Shown here in pieces: positions 24,337-36,161 of a stretch of DNA of 64,000 bases. Each line of letters begins with the position of its first letter. The first letter of the stretch is position 1. Under the pieces are notes generated by a model. The model was not told where the DNA came from, did no database searches, and saw only the letters and a program-made list of their open reading frames with translations. The DNA is from Klebsormidium nitens (taxonomy: Eukaryota > Plantae > Klebsormidiophyceae): the NCBI GenBank assembly GCA_000708835.1, contig DF237349.1, positions 1 through 64,000 on the forward strand, written 5' to 3'. Made by a program: the position numbers and the translations under genes.

Positions 24337-27108
24337 TTACACATTCTCGATGTCCTGATCTATAGCGTCGTGAATCTTTATGCTCGCCTGGTGCGCGAAC
24401 GTGCGCGCGCGCTGCAGGCTAGTCTGCCGTACGAAACGCGCACTCGCCGGCGCACTCTGGCTCCGGTTGAACGCGGGCGCCTTCTGCTCCTCTTCGGGCG
24501 CGGCTTCCAGCTGCCACGTCACCGTCTTCTCCGCGGCGTCGCTGCCATCATCACCAGACGGGGAGTCGTCACCGCTGAGGTCGGCTGAGCGCGCGCGCGC
24601 CTCGAGCCGCGTCGCGATGACGTGGATGATGTAGACGGAGTAGAGTTGGGAGGCGAAGAGAGCCATGTTGAGGAAAGGGAGCAGGATGGGCCATACGATA
24701 TGCCAGTTGGTGCCGCTGCGTGACGCGGACGGCTCGTCGTACTGGGTAACGTAGAAGTCGATCAGGAGTGCCCACGTCAGCACGTTGATGACGAGCTTGA
24801 AGACGAGGACCTGCCACGTGGAGATCTGCAGAAAGGGCACTCCTGAGAAAGTGTCGGAGTGTTAGCAAGAATGGAGGCCAGAGCCGAGCCAAAACAAACC
24901 CAGGCCGCGGCAGATTGAGAGCGACAGTCAAAAAATGGACTCTGATCTCGCGCCGTCAATTGGAGCAGCCGAGTCGAATGTGTTGGTGAAGTCATCCGAG
25001 TCCGACACCTGAGTATTGAGATGTGTCTACGCGTCCAGAACCAAGGCAACAACGGCTTTCAAAGGCCTGGTTTCTTTACGTCAGTGGACCGGTCAGTGTC
25101 CGAACGGTCGTTGAACAGACTCTATACGGCACCTCAGACAAGGCAAGGTTCTGTCAAGGTCTAGGGAAGAGGAAGAAACTAGCTGGAGATAATTGAATTG
25201 CATTCCGAACCGCCTGAAGACATCGGCGCTCAAACCGACAGTCTTCAGACGGGGTTCAGAAACGTTCGTTCTTTGCAACGGTTTTTTTAGACCCAAACAA
25301 ATGGATACATGCTGCCCCGCTCGACCCGAATCACAGCACCAAATATTGGAAAGAATCATGCGAGTCGGAGTAAGGACTTTTGGGTAGGATAATAGAAACT
25401 CAGAGCGTTCGCAAGGCACGAAATTCGTTGCTCGCTCATCGCTGGCACGCGACATGAGAATTCGCGCTCGCGCTCCTTTTCCTGACAGGCGCGGCCCAGG
25501 GGTGACGCAGCGGGTAACTCGGAGCGCACAAGTTTCTTTCTGGTTTAAGACGCAAGCACACCATCAGACTCTCGCGCGCGCTCACCTTCATGACGCGCGC
25601 GGCCCAAGGGTGCCCCAGCCGGTACATGGCGAGCCCCACGAACGTCAGCTGTTCCGTCGACGCGTGAAGCGATACGAGCAGCCCAAACCTCTGGAACGCG
25701 CGCGCCTCGGCGGACGGCGCGTCGTCCTTGCTCGAGAAGTCCAGCAGCACGATCAGCAGGATCGTCACCACGTGGTGCAGCATGAGCGGAATTCCGGTCT
25801 CGTTCCGGTAGACGAGCTCGAAGACGTACAGGCTCGCGATCAGCAGCAGCCCGATGCGCGCGTTTGTCGCGGCCGCGACCGAGCCGCTCCGCCCGAAGAA
25901 CAGCACGTCCCCGCCGTAGGCCAACGTCAGCACGAGCGCAGCTGACGTCACCAGAATCTCGAGGAGGTACGTCGCAGTGTTCCGCTGCTTGAGCGCGGAC
26001 AGCGTCCGGTAGGGCGGCGCCCGCCGGCGGAGCGCGGAGTGCGCGACCGCGCACAGGACCCAGTAGATCAGCAGGAGGGTAATCATATTGGGCACGAGCG
26101 CGCGCCACAGGTATGGATCGGACCTTACGGCGAGCGTCGGGCAGTGGCCATTTGTTTCGCCGTACCAGTTGGTCTGCAGCCCGTAGTCGGTCCAGCAGTC
26201 GGACAGAACCTGGGAGGGTAAGTGGTGGGTTGGTGAATGCGCTTCGACTCTATCTGAGTAACGTGAAGTCTGAGTCAGGTATCGCTCTGATATTCTGGCG
26301 GAATACGCGTCAAGGCTGCGTCAATCGACTTGCAAATGGCTCAAAGCAGCGAAACGAAGGAAAGTCGGGAGCCTCAGTGAGCGCCAGATCATCGGCGACA
26401 TAAAGTGCACATGAGTTGAAAGAACAGATACCAAGTCCCTTTAAACCAGGCGTACATTATCCGACAAAGCGCAGCCTTTCGTTGAAGAATAATCTGGGGT
26501 GCTAGATTTCACCATCTCCAAAACCGCAAAGCCTGACAGGCGGTTGTAACCTATAAGCGTCTTAGAACACAAGATCGAACGGGCCAAAAGCATGTGCCCC
26601 GACATCTTCGACCTTCGCCAGAAGGCGAGTTGTATACCTTCTTCAAAGATCCTTGACTTACGAGCCGACGCGGCCGCCTCACCTTGTTGAAGTCGACCCC
26701 AAACCCGAGCGCCACGTGGAGCCCCGTGGTTGCGACGTCCGGCAGGCACAGACAGTTTCTGGTTGACGCTTTAGTCCCGGGCGCGAAGGCCGCGTCAATC
26801 GCCGCGCAACACACTTCGGACGCGCCCCCCAAACAGCTCTCCATGGGGGTTAACAAATCTCTAACCGAGCAGTCGACCACCGGGTTACCGGGCAAATCGT
26901 CTAGGTTCATATCCGGCTGGTTTGCCAGGTTTTGCGCGAGAATATCGGCAGCAGAAACCGGCTGAGGTGACCGGTTCTGCAGACCCGGGCGGATATTGCC
27001 ATTGGCGGCTAGCTTGGCGTTTTCGACGTCGTAGGCGCTCGGTAGCGCGACGGCATGCGGACAAGTGGAATCACCGTCTGACCCGGCCCGGAGGCTGAGG
27101 CCGGCCAT
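24337..27108 (-). CDS. 512-aa protein: N-terminal nsLTP/prolamin-like 8-Cys domain fused to a TLC-like multi-pass membrane domain
   Basis: Exons 26683-27108, 25586-26209, 24337-24825; GT-AG, all phase 0, GC-rich codons. Cys pattern C-x11-C-x7-CC-x17-CLC-x25-C-x17-C spans the exon 1/2 junction. Several hydrophobic helices with YVFELVYR...LMLHHVVT (HH motif as in TLC-like proteins). Confidence 0.8.
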
Positions 27109-27469
27109 GACTAGCCTATACTAGGAAACCGTCCCGCTCGTCTTCACTGTCCGACCAAAAAAGTATCACACATCAAGGCCCCAACCGTCTCATGCAGTGC
27201 AAGTGACTTTCTGTGATCACGAAGTAGCTAAAATGCCAGACAACCGCATCCACGCATGCATGAGTTGTATGAGGAAAGACGGATTGATGATGCTTCACCG
27301 ATCCTCCAGTCAGTTATATAGGTTTATCGTAGGTTAGCGAGCTCTAGGCTAGGCTCCCAGTGCCAGGGTACTCCACTTTTTAAATGAGAGCGATTTAACT
27401 CCGGTTCTAAGATTTCACGGGCCGCCACTAGCATCCTGTTCTCTAAAGCACCGCAATGAGGGGCCCCGC

Positions 27470-30400
27470 TCACATAACAATCAGGTTCTGCCGTTTGGCG
27501 TACGCGATGACCGCGAAAAAGATGACGAACATCCCGAATATGCTGCTCCCCACCACCCACTTGAACATGGACCCTTTGTGGTAAAGCTTGTTTGGGATGT
27601 TCATTCCGAACACGCCGACCACGACCGTGTAGCAGCCGACTACGAAGGTTGCTGTCGTCAGCATGAGCTGCATCGTCAGCAGGATGTTACGCTGGTTGTC
27701 CAGCTCGATGTTGATGTAGTCCTCCGTGTCGTCGATGAACTCGTTCAGCTGCACGAGCGAGCGCCACGTGTCAGCCCGTCATTCAAAGTCTTCGATGCAA
27801 TCAGTCGGGGAGTAAAGGTTGCAATGACGAGTCCTATTCGCCCCCTGCAACTTTCGAGGGTTCCTCCAAGCAGAGCGGCAGAAGGACGACCGTAGCCTTC
27901 GTCCAGAATCCCAACAGAAATCATAGGGTGAGGGAGGTCTTACTCTACAAACAGATTGACTCGACATGGCTTGTTTCATATCCCAAGCGCTTCCCCAATC
28001 AGCCCTTTAAGAAATCGTACAGAAAAGCGACGTAGAAAGCCTGCTTGTTAAGCGAGTAAGTCCGCGCACAGGCAAACACTGCAAATGTGCTCCTTCAAAA
28101 CCTACGTGATTTCCGCTCCCAGACGAGAAGAGACTGACCATAAGGAGAGGACGAAGGCAAATCGCGACCACCCTTTTAGGAGAGGCGTCAAACCGCAGAA
28201 GACATTTTCAATTGTCCTCTTTCTAGGTATAAGGCCGCACATTCAACCGGTGGGCACGGAACAACCTTAAACTCAGAACGGGAACGGCGATGTGCTGATG
28301 CTTTGAAAGAGACGCGAGCCTACCGTGGAGAGCTTATTGAGCGAGGTGTCGATCTGTAGAAAGTACGACTCGAGCAGCATCTCCAGCTCCTCCACGTCGA
28401 ACTTGCCGTCGCTGCTGTCGCTGTCGCTGTCGCTCTCCATCTGGCTCAGCGCGCCGGACGCGCGCCGGCTGCTGGCCCTGTTGAGCGAAAAAGGCAGGTT
28501 AAGTCCCGGTCAACCCGGTGAAAAAGGCAGGTTAAGTCCCGGTCAACCCGGTGAAAAAGGCAGGTTAAGTCCCGGTCAACCCGGTGAAAAGGGCAGCTTA
28601 AGTTTCGGCAATCCGGAAGAATATCACCCGTGATGTCCAACATGCTCGACGATAGACTGGAGAATACCATCACCCGAAACTTACTTAGGCGTAATTCCCG
28701 AACATGGCTGGAATTTCCGTGAACGAAATCGTTCGTAATAAACAATGTGACGAATCGGTTGCCCGCCTGTCAAGGCACTGGCGGTTTCAAAACCGCTGCA
28801 GCTTCCTAGCTGGCTCAGCGCGCCACACGCACGCCGGATTGAAGGATCGGAAAAAAAGAGACGGATGGAAAGCGAGAATCTGCAACGGCACAACACTGAT
28901 TTCTGACTTCCGAAGGTTTCGCGCTCTCCTTCGAACACATGTAGACTGACCCGCTGTCAAATCCCGGCTGGCCCTGCTGCTGTTCACGCTCTCTTCGATC
29001 AAACCAGAAGGCAGGTTCAGATTTGACAAGGTACTAAAGTGTTCGATAGGTTTGAAGGCTGCCAGTGATTGGGCACGTGATAGGTTGGCTGCCTTCCCAA
29101 AAACTTCAAAAACCGGTGACCGAGAACCATCCGTTTTGACTAATTCCGAGAGTCATGCTATAGCAAAGGAAAGCAAAGTACGGAAGCCTGATTGAACACT
29201 CGCCCCACCGGCCTACCTTTAGATGACAATCTACGAAAGAAAGTTTGATATGATCCTCACCGGAACATGACTACTTCGATATTTTATTGTCCGGCACGAC
29301 CCTGACTCCCACACGCAAGATGTTCTCTGGGCGGATTTTAAAGTGACGCCTTCAAATTCGAAAGCAAAACAAGATTTTGCTCTGGATTCTGGGCGGATCT
29401 TAAAGTGACGCATTCAAACTAGAAAGCAAGAAGAAAACTTTGCTCCAGAATGCACCAGGACATGACCATCGGCGAAATCAGCGCCTCCTCGTTTAGCGCA
29501 ACCGCGAACTCCGCGCGCAACACCTCCTTCCCGGCGTTCAGAAAGTCCTGCTTTGACAACGAAGCTCCGCACAAAACCTTGATGAATCGCCCGAAACATA
29601 AGCACGAGATAAAAGATCCTGCTTCAAAAGGATAAGTGAGAACATAACCACCTACGGCGCCTACCGAGACATCGGCGAATTCAACACTTGGTCTTTCGGC
29701 GCAATCGCAAGCTCCGGGCGCGAGCCCTCTTTCCGGGCGCCAGAAAGTTCTCCTTTTGAGCACGAACTAAGCACAGGAAAATTGATAAAACGCTCACCGA
29801 GACATGACCATGGGCGAGTTCAGGATTTCGTCGTCCGGCGCAACCGTGAACCCCGCGCGCGATGCCTCCTTCTGAGCGTTCAGCATCTTGCGCGTCAGGT
29901 ACATATCGTCCATGTCGCCGTCGTCGTCCAACAGCTGCTCCAGCTCGTCGCGCACCTGCAAAGAATTCTAAAAACCGGTTGGCCTCTCTGAACACCCGTC
30001 TTATTTTCTTTTGACATAAAGAGCTTCATCATGCGATCCGAAATCAGGTACTAGACGGGCTGCAGATTCGTTATCTCCCCATCGTCGTCCAAGAACTGTT
30101 TCCAGCTCGCTGCGCACCTGCAGAGAGTAAGCCGGAAGTCCGTTTGAACCCCTCTGAAATTGCTCTCGACCCACCACTCCCAAAACTTGGCGGGATCATG
30201 TCGCCGTCAAGAATCACTTAGCAGCTGCTCCATCTTGTGCACCTGCCAAAAGGGTCTCCTCTTAACACCTGCAAAAAGGGTCTTCTCTCAACCCGTCTTA
30301 ACCAAAAACCGCTGGTCTCAGAATTCCCAATGAGGTACTGAGTGGGCTGCAAAGTTTCCCAACAGCTACTGCAGCCCGTCGCACGCCCGCAAGAAGGGAC

Positions 30401-32753
30401 AGAAGCGCCCCTCTCGACCTCTCTTAATAAATCTAAAAATAAAATATAAATATAAATCTATCCACCAAAATTGGGTAAGATTCACAAAATCCAAATGAGG
30501 TACTCAATGAGCTACGAAGCCATCCTGAGGCCGTTGCTGCCCCAGACAGGTCCAATCCATGCTGCTTTTCCAGTGACGGGGAGAACCTGATCATGCTTTT
30601 GCGACATAGACACGGCGGAAACGAAAGCAAGGCCAGTCCAGCTGGGCGCTGGAGGGGCTTGAAGGAGGAAAATCAGAAAGCGGCAGTTAACAGTGTTATC
30701 CACGCGACACTGAGATATCTACACGCTTGATGCCTGACGTAGAACAAGCCAATAGGGGAACAGAACACAAGAGCGAAACTGTCGTTGTACTGCTGCAGCA
30801 TCTGCCAGTAAGAAACACCAGTCGACGGACTTCGGTCTCTGCAAGCCAGCACAGAAGTCAACCGCTTGCAGACCACCACTTTAAGCAAGGCATTCCTACA
30901 GCGATAACTTGCAATACCTGAGCTCTGCACGATGACGTAATGCAAACACCTGAAGAAGACACGTACTTGTTTCGAGGTTGACAGCTAGCCTAAAAATACC
31001 AATCGAATCCACGACGACATATGCACCGCACCTACCTTCTGCACCCTGGCCGTGAGACGCGTCAGCCGACTCTTGAGCCCTCTGACCCGGTCCAGGTTCA
31101 TCACCGTCACCTTTGCCGTGAGCTCGTCCAGGGCCGGATACGCGTCGCCCTCGAGCTCTTGCGTCCGAGCGTCGAGGTAACTACACACCTGCAGATTTGA
31201 GGAAGTCGTTCAGGGACTACAGATTTGTACGTGGGAGTTTGCGGAGTGCTTGTCTACGGGCTTGAAATGGTTCAAAAAGCACGTTGAGGTAACTACAAAC
31301 CTGCACATTTGGAGGGGTACTTCAGTGACTCTCCTTGACGGGGGAATATTGCGAAGTGCTTCTGAACGGGCTTTGAATGCTTCAGACAGCACTGAAATTG
31401 GGAGTGTTATTCTTGCCGTAAGCTCGTCGGGGCCGGGTATGCGTCGCCCTCGAGCTCTTGCATCCGCGCGTCGAAATAAGTACACACCAGTATTTCGGTC
31501 AGAACGGGATTACGGGACTTTTCGGAGTGCTTGTGAATGGGCTTGAGAAGGTTACAGAGAGCACTAGATCTGGGAGTGTAATCTTTGCCGTGAGCTCGTC
31601 CAGGGCCGGGTATGCGTCGCCCTCCAGCTCTTGAGTCCGAGCGTCAAGGAAACTACACACCTGGAGAATGAGGAGAGATTCCACTGACAACGGGAATTGT
31701 GCAAGTTTGCGGAATGCTTGTGAAGGGGCTTGAGATGGTTCAGAAAGGACTTGATATTGGAGTTAATTTCTTGCGGTGAGCTCGTCCAGGGCCAGGGAAT
31801 GCGTCGCCCTCGAGCTCTTGTGTCCGAGCGTCCAGATAACTACACACCTGTGAAGTAGGGGCGTGCATTTGAGTCACGGAGGGTGTCGACGATTTGCAGA
31901 GTGCTCGTAAAGTGATACAGACAAGACGAGGTTGCTTGAAAGAGGGTCTTCTCTCCCAGCATCCACAGCACCTCAGCTAACACTACCTTTGACAAAAGAA
32001 GGAGACAAGGAGAGAATGAAAGGAAAAGGAAAAGGCACAAAGGCGTCGATCAGATCAAGCTGACCACTCCAGCCTGCGATGACCAAACAATATCAGAAGA
32101 CATTTGCCATCATTGGTACGGATCCTTCGACCAGATCTTTTTGTCAGATCCGCGTGGTCTTACTGTCGACATTGGGATGGCATGATGAACGAACATCTTA
32201 CATAACGCGGCCTATGAAGCAAGAGGAAAAGCTGATAAGCTTTTGGCTGATTGACAACGCCAATGTCTGAACAAACTCAGATCCCCCGGACAGTCTAATA
32301 AAATGTACTCACCGCCTCAAGCGCCACCTCCATCACGCGGAACTCGAACGGCAGCGAATCGTGGTTCTGCATCCCGTTCGCCCGGTCCGGGCTCGCCGCC
32401 TCCTCCCTCAGGGGGCTCGTCGCCGGCAGCGAGATCCGCCTCCTGAGCTCCTCCACAAACGGGATCACCGCCGCGCTGTTTGCATTGAGCAGCAGGACCT
32501 CTTCTGCCGTGATGATCGCCTTGATGTGCTCCAAGTTCAGCACGATCGCCTTCTCGCGCCCCAGAATGGTCGACGAGTTCGACATCAGCGGCCCGAGGAT
32601 GCGGAGGTCGCGCGCGGGGATGGACGCGCGCCGCATGATTGCATATTTGTCCACCTCAAGCACCTCGGTGTTCCCGTAAATGTCGAACCGGAGCCACATG
32701 CGGCACCCCGGCTTCTTCTTCTTCCCGAGCGCGGGGAGGTCTGTGTTCGACAT
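27470..32753 (-). CDS. MRS2: MRS2/MGT (CorA superfamily) magnesium transporter, ~394 aa from MSNTDLP (true start may be further upstream)
   Basis: Exons 32313-32753, 31036-31188, 29798-29955, 28324-28477, 27470-27748; phases consistent. Motifs [92 protein letters not shown] signature. Confidence 0.95.
28487..28603. repeat. Perfect 33-bp tandem repeat x3 plus partial, immediately upstream of an MRS2 acceptor
   Basis: Unit GAAAAAGGCAGGTTAAGTCCCGGTCAACCCGGT. On the sense (minus) strand each unit contains CTTAAC (branch-point-like) followed by CTGCCTTTTTC. Confidence 0.95.
29455..30390 (-). repeat. Partial copies flanking MRS2 exon 29798-29955 (3'+donor copies at ~29455-29555 and ~29652-29735; acceptor+5' copies at ~30078-30120, ~30197-30245, ~30360-30390)
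   Basis: For example CTGCAG|GTGCGCAGCGAGCTGGAA vs live TGCAG|GTGCGCGACGAGCTGGAG, and TCGCCGATGGTCATGTCCTG|GTGCAT vs live TCGCCCATGGTCATGTCTCG|GTGAGC. Confidence 0.8.
31270..31850 (-). repeat. Acceptor + 5' part of MRS2 exon 31036-31188 repeated 3 times plus a short fragment in the upstream intron
   Basis: Copies at ~31270-31292, ~31411-31487, 31582-31660, ~31770-31847, each starting GTGTGTA(G/C)TT...; two retain an intact CAG acceptor. Confidence 0.92.
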
Positions 32754-34395
32754 GTTGGCGGCCGTGAGCGCGATGTGGGGGGGCGGCTGCGCCGCCGGCC
32801 CCACCCCCTTGAACAGCGCCCTGAACGTCGTGCGCCGTGTTTCACCGCTCTGGGGGGGTGAACCCTGCTCTCCCGGCCTGACTTTGCTGGCCCCCTGGTG
32901 CGACGGTCTGGCTGCTGCCAGACGTGAACATCGCCCACAGGCGCCTCAGCTCGGCCCTTCCACTTGTTCGGAACTCCAATATCAAACAATCCAAGCACTC
33001 CCTTTGTGGGGCACTCCTGCTTGATTAGTGTGACAATAAGTTTGATTGAGCACGTCAGCTGCTTCTCATTGAATTTACGATTCAAACCCTGCTGTACTGA
33101 GGCTTGAGCTGTCAGCTGGCAGAACAAACGAGTGACCAATTGCAAAAGGGGACTTTGCGGCACTCACTGAAGAGTGGCCCATCCCCAGCAATAGCTTACA
33201 TCTTGGTGGTGTCCAAGTGCAACAGACCCGTTGGATTTCTCTAGTGCGTTTCTAGAGGTTCAGGCATGCTCGCTACAAACTTGATTGGTGGCACTCAGAC
33301 CGCTGCTTGCCTGTGTATACCAGTCTACCCCGCCACCTTGCCGCTACTCAGTTGGGAGCCGCAAGGTCATTTCAAAAGTTCAGAGAGCGCAACGTCTGGA
33401 AACCCCTGACCGCCGAAAGAAACTCCCCTTCCTTCCTTACGTGCAACCACTGCAGAAAGGACTTTGCTTTCAATCCCAACTATTTTCTGCTGGACGTGAA
33501 GAATGATATTCTTCAACACCTCAGCTACAGGTGCCTGAAAGAGGGCCTGAAAAATCATGAGAATGCAGCAAACAGAAACTGGTGCTCACTGCTCCACAGC
33601 TCAGACTCGGAGGCGCCAGGCAGATTGGATCTGGAATTGCAGCTGATCTGAACTTTGAAGACTGTTGGCAGTGTTGAAAAAGTGGCAATCAACATGAACC
33701 GGCATATGTATGCAAGCCGCTCCAAGATCTGATTGGTTAGCACATTGTTGAGTTCCTGGGACGTTGAGGACTTTTCTGAACTTCGATTGGATTTAGAGAT
33801 CAGAAGTTTCAGCAAAGTTGCAAGAAAGTTGTAATTCAAGCTGAAACTAGAGAGATCGAAGCAGCTAAGGCAATTTTGTAAGGGTAAGGTCATTTTGTAG
33901 TGGACCCCCTATGTTCAGTCCAGAGCCCCTCGAGACCCGAACGGCCAGGCCCCCCCACCTCCCGCTGTCCTCCACTCAAGGATAAGCCGAGCCCCCCCCC
34001 CCTCCGGCTGTATGAATATGTGTATTTTGCGGCTATTTTGCCCCTGAAAACAGCATTTTCAGACCGATATTACAACAATTTCCGAGCCTGCGGCTCGACC
34101 ATGGCGGAAACCCCGAGCCCCCCCTCCCGCTGCCCTTAGGATTTTAAACCCCCAACCCCCCACCCTCTGAACTGAACATACCGTAGGGGGTCAGCTTCAA
34201 CATGACCTTACCCTAAATATTACAGACACAAGAGAAAAGCGGGCCAGCCTCTGCACACACAGCCATTCCTGGTCCTGAGCCTGAGGCGAGAGCAACTGCC
34301 CAGGGGCCAGGGCGCATTTTCCAGCAATTGATCTGCAACTTGTAAGGCTTCCAGCAAATCCTCTGCTTGTTGTCCCACACAACCTACAGCGGGTC

Positions 34396-36161
34396 ATGGC
34401 AGCCGCAGAAGAGGACAACACAGTAAAGGAGCCGCTCGATCTTATAAGGCTGAGCCTAGATGAGAGGATATATGTCAAGCTGCGCGGGGATCGGGAATTG
34501 AGAGGGAAACTTCATGTGAGTCTTGAGGAAGCTGCTTGGGTGGCCTCTTGTCAAAACAAGTGGTTTCCGCAGGCTGCACTGTCACACTTGTGTAAAACCT
34601 ACAATGGGTCGTTTTGCTGCTCATTTTGGTATCTGGCCTGCGGAAAGGTGGTATGGTCACTCAATCAGGCCAACTCTAGCAGTTTTTGAAGGTCGAGTTG
34701 CTCTGCACGTTACTGCCCTTCCGTTCAAGATGGATTTCTTTGGTGCAATACCTGGTTGAGCTCCGTGATCCTGAAGTACCTGAGGCCATCTTCATTTGGA
34801 TTGCACTTTCCGAACGCAGGGGGCAGTTGCTTAATTTCAAAAAGGGGCAGCCGGTCCCACCTTGTATGCTTCTCCTGTGCAACTTATTGCTTATGCGATT
34901 GTCCTGTTGGTCCCCCCCAGAACTCACCAAAACTTCCAGAAGCACCTCAATCTGACATCTGGGTCCATGCTTTCCTATGCTCCATAATAAAGAAGGTAGA
35001 CACACAAGGCAACCTGGGTTGCCTCCAAACTTAGGGACTTCATATTTTAGGGGGGAAGCTGCCCTTTCGACCACCAAACCTCAAAGGGTTCACTGCTGCT
35101 GTCGAGAAGCGGTGATGCTGAAAGCGCTTCCATTTTGCAGGCGTATGATCAGCACTTAAACATGGTTCTTGGAGACGTAGAGGAGTCGGTCACGCTGGTG
35201 GAAATAGACGATGAGACATATGAGGAGATTGTGAGGGTGAGTGAGCAGAGGACGCACGCTAGTAATTGGACTTCGTTTTTCCCTTTTGCTGTTTGCACTT
35301 CTGTTGCCGGGGCGTTGTCTGAGGGCTTCAGTACATCGTGAAAGCTCTCGCATCCTGGACCATCCTTCAGTTGAGTTTGTGCATGAAGCAGCGTTTAAAG
35401 CATGTATCAAACATCAGGTGCATATTTGGAGTGGATTGACAAGGATTGGTAAGGAGACAGGACGGGGCATCATGTCCCTTTTTGTGGAGGACTCTCCGTG
35501 GCTTCGAGTTCTTCTAAGGTTGTTACTGCGGGTCAACAGTAGCAAAAGGGATCATCAAGATTTAATTATGCGAGGAGTATTCGAATAGCCCCAGCCATAA
35601 AGCAGCCCCAGGTTTGTTGTTAAGCATTTTCCTTCTCCTTGTGCCCTAGTCTCCAGAAGCTTCTGTTTGGTCGGAAATTTGATACAAGAGTCCTACCAGC
35701 CAGGATTTTGCCCCTGAAAGTCGCAGATTCGCAGTCTGTATAGGAGTCCGGGTGTGACTCCTAAAAGATGTCCTTCTGCATCAGCTTTGGCAGGTTTTGG
35801 GGGGCACTTTCACAAGCTTTTGCTCCAGGTTGCGTAGCTTGGACTAGTCCAAAAATGTTGGTTTCCCATAGCTTCGATGCTGTATAAGACCCACTTGGAC
35901 GTGCTGACCTTTCGTTCTGTATGGATGCGTAGATAGACCTCAAGTTTTACTCCAACCACCCCGACTTAGAAGGTCAATTGTGCCGAAAGCTTCAGAGGTA
36001 AGTCTTAGTGTCTGGTGGGATGAGCTTCGGACTTGGTTAAGGAGAGCAGCATGTCAATCTCCAAGTTCTCCACTCTGCAGGTGGATAAACGCACAATACC
36101 CTTCTTGTTCGTGAGAGGGGACGGAGTCATCTTAGTTTCACCACCTTTGCGGACGTCATGA
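34396..36161 (+). CDS. LSM3: Sm-like protein LSm3 (U6 snRNP / mRNA decay), 98 aa
   Basis: Exons 34396-34515, 35141-35236, 36081-36161, all phase 0: [29 protein letters not shown]|[15 protein letters not shown]...EEIVR|[26 protein letters not shown]. Confidence 0.97.

Noticed and set aside
28487-28603. 33-bp direct repeats as a CRISPR array
   Set aside because: Units are contiguous with no spacers, inside a spliceosomal intron, with no cas genes.
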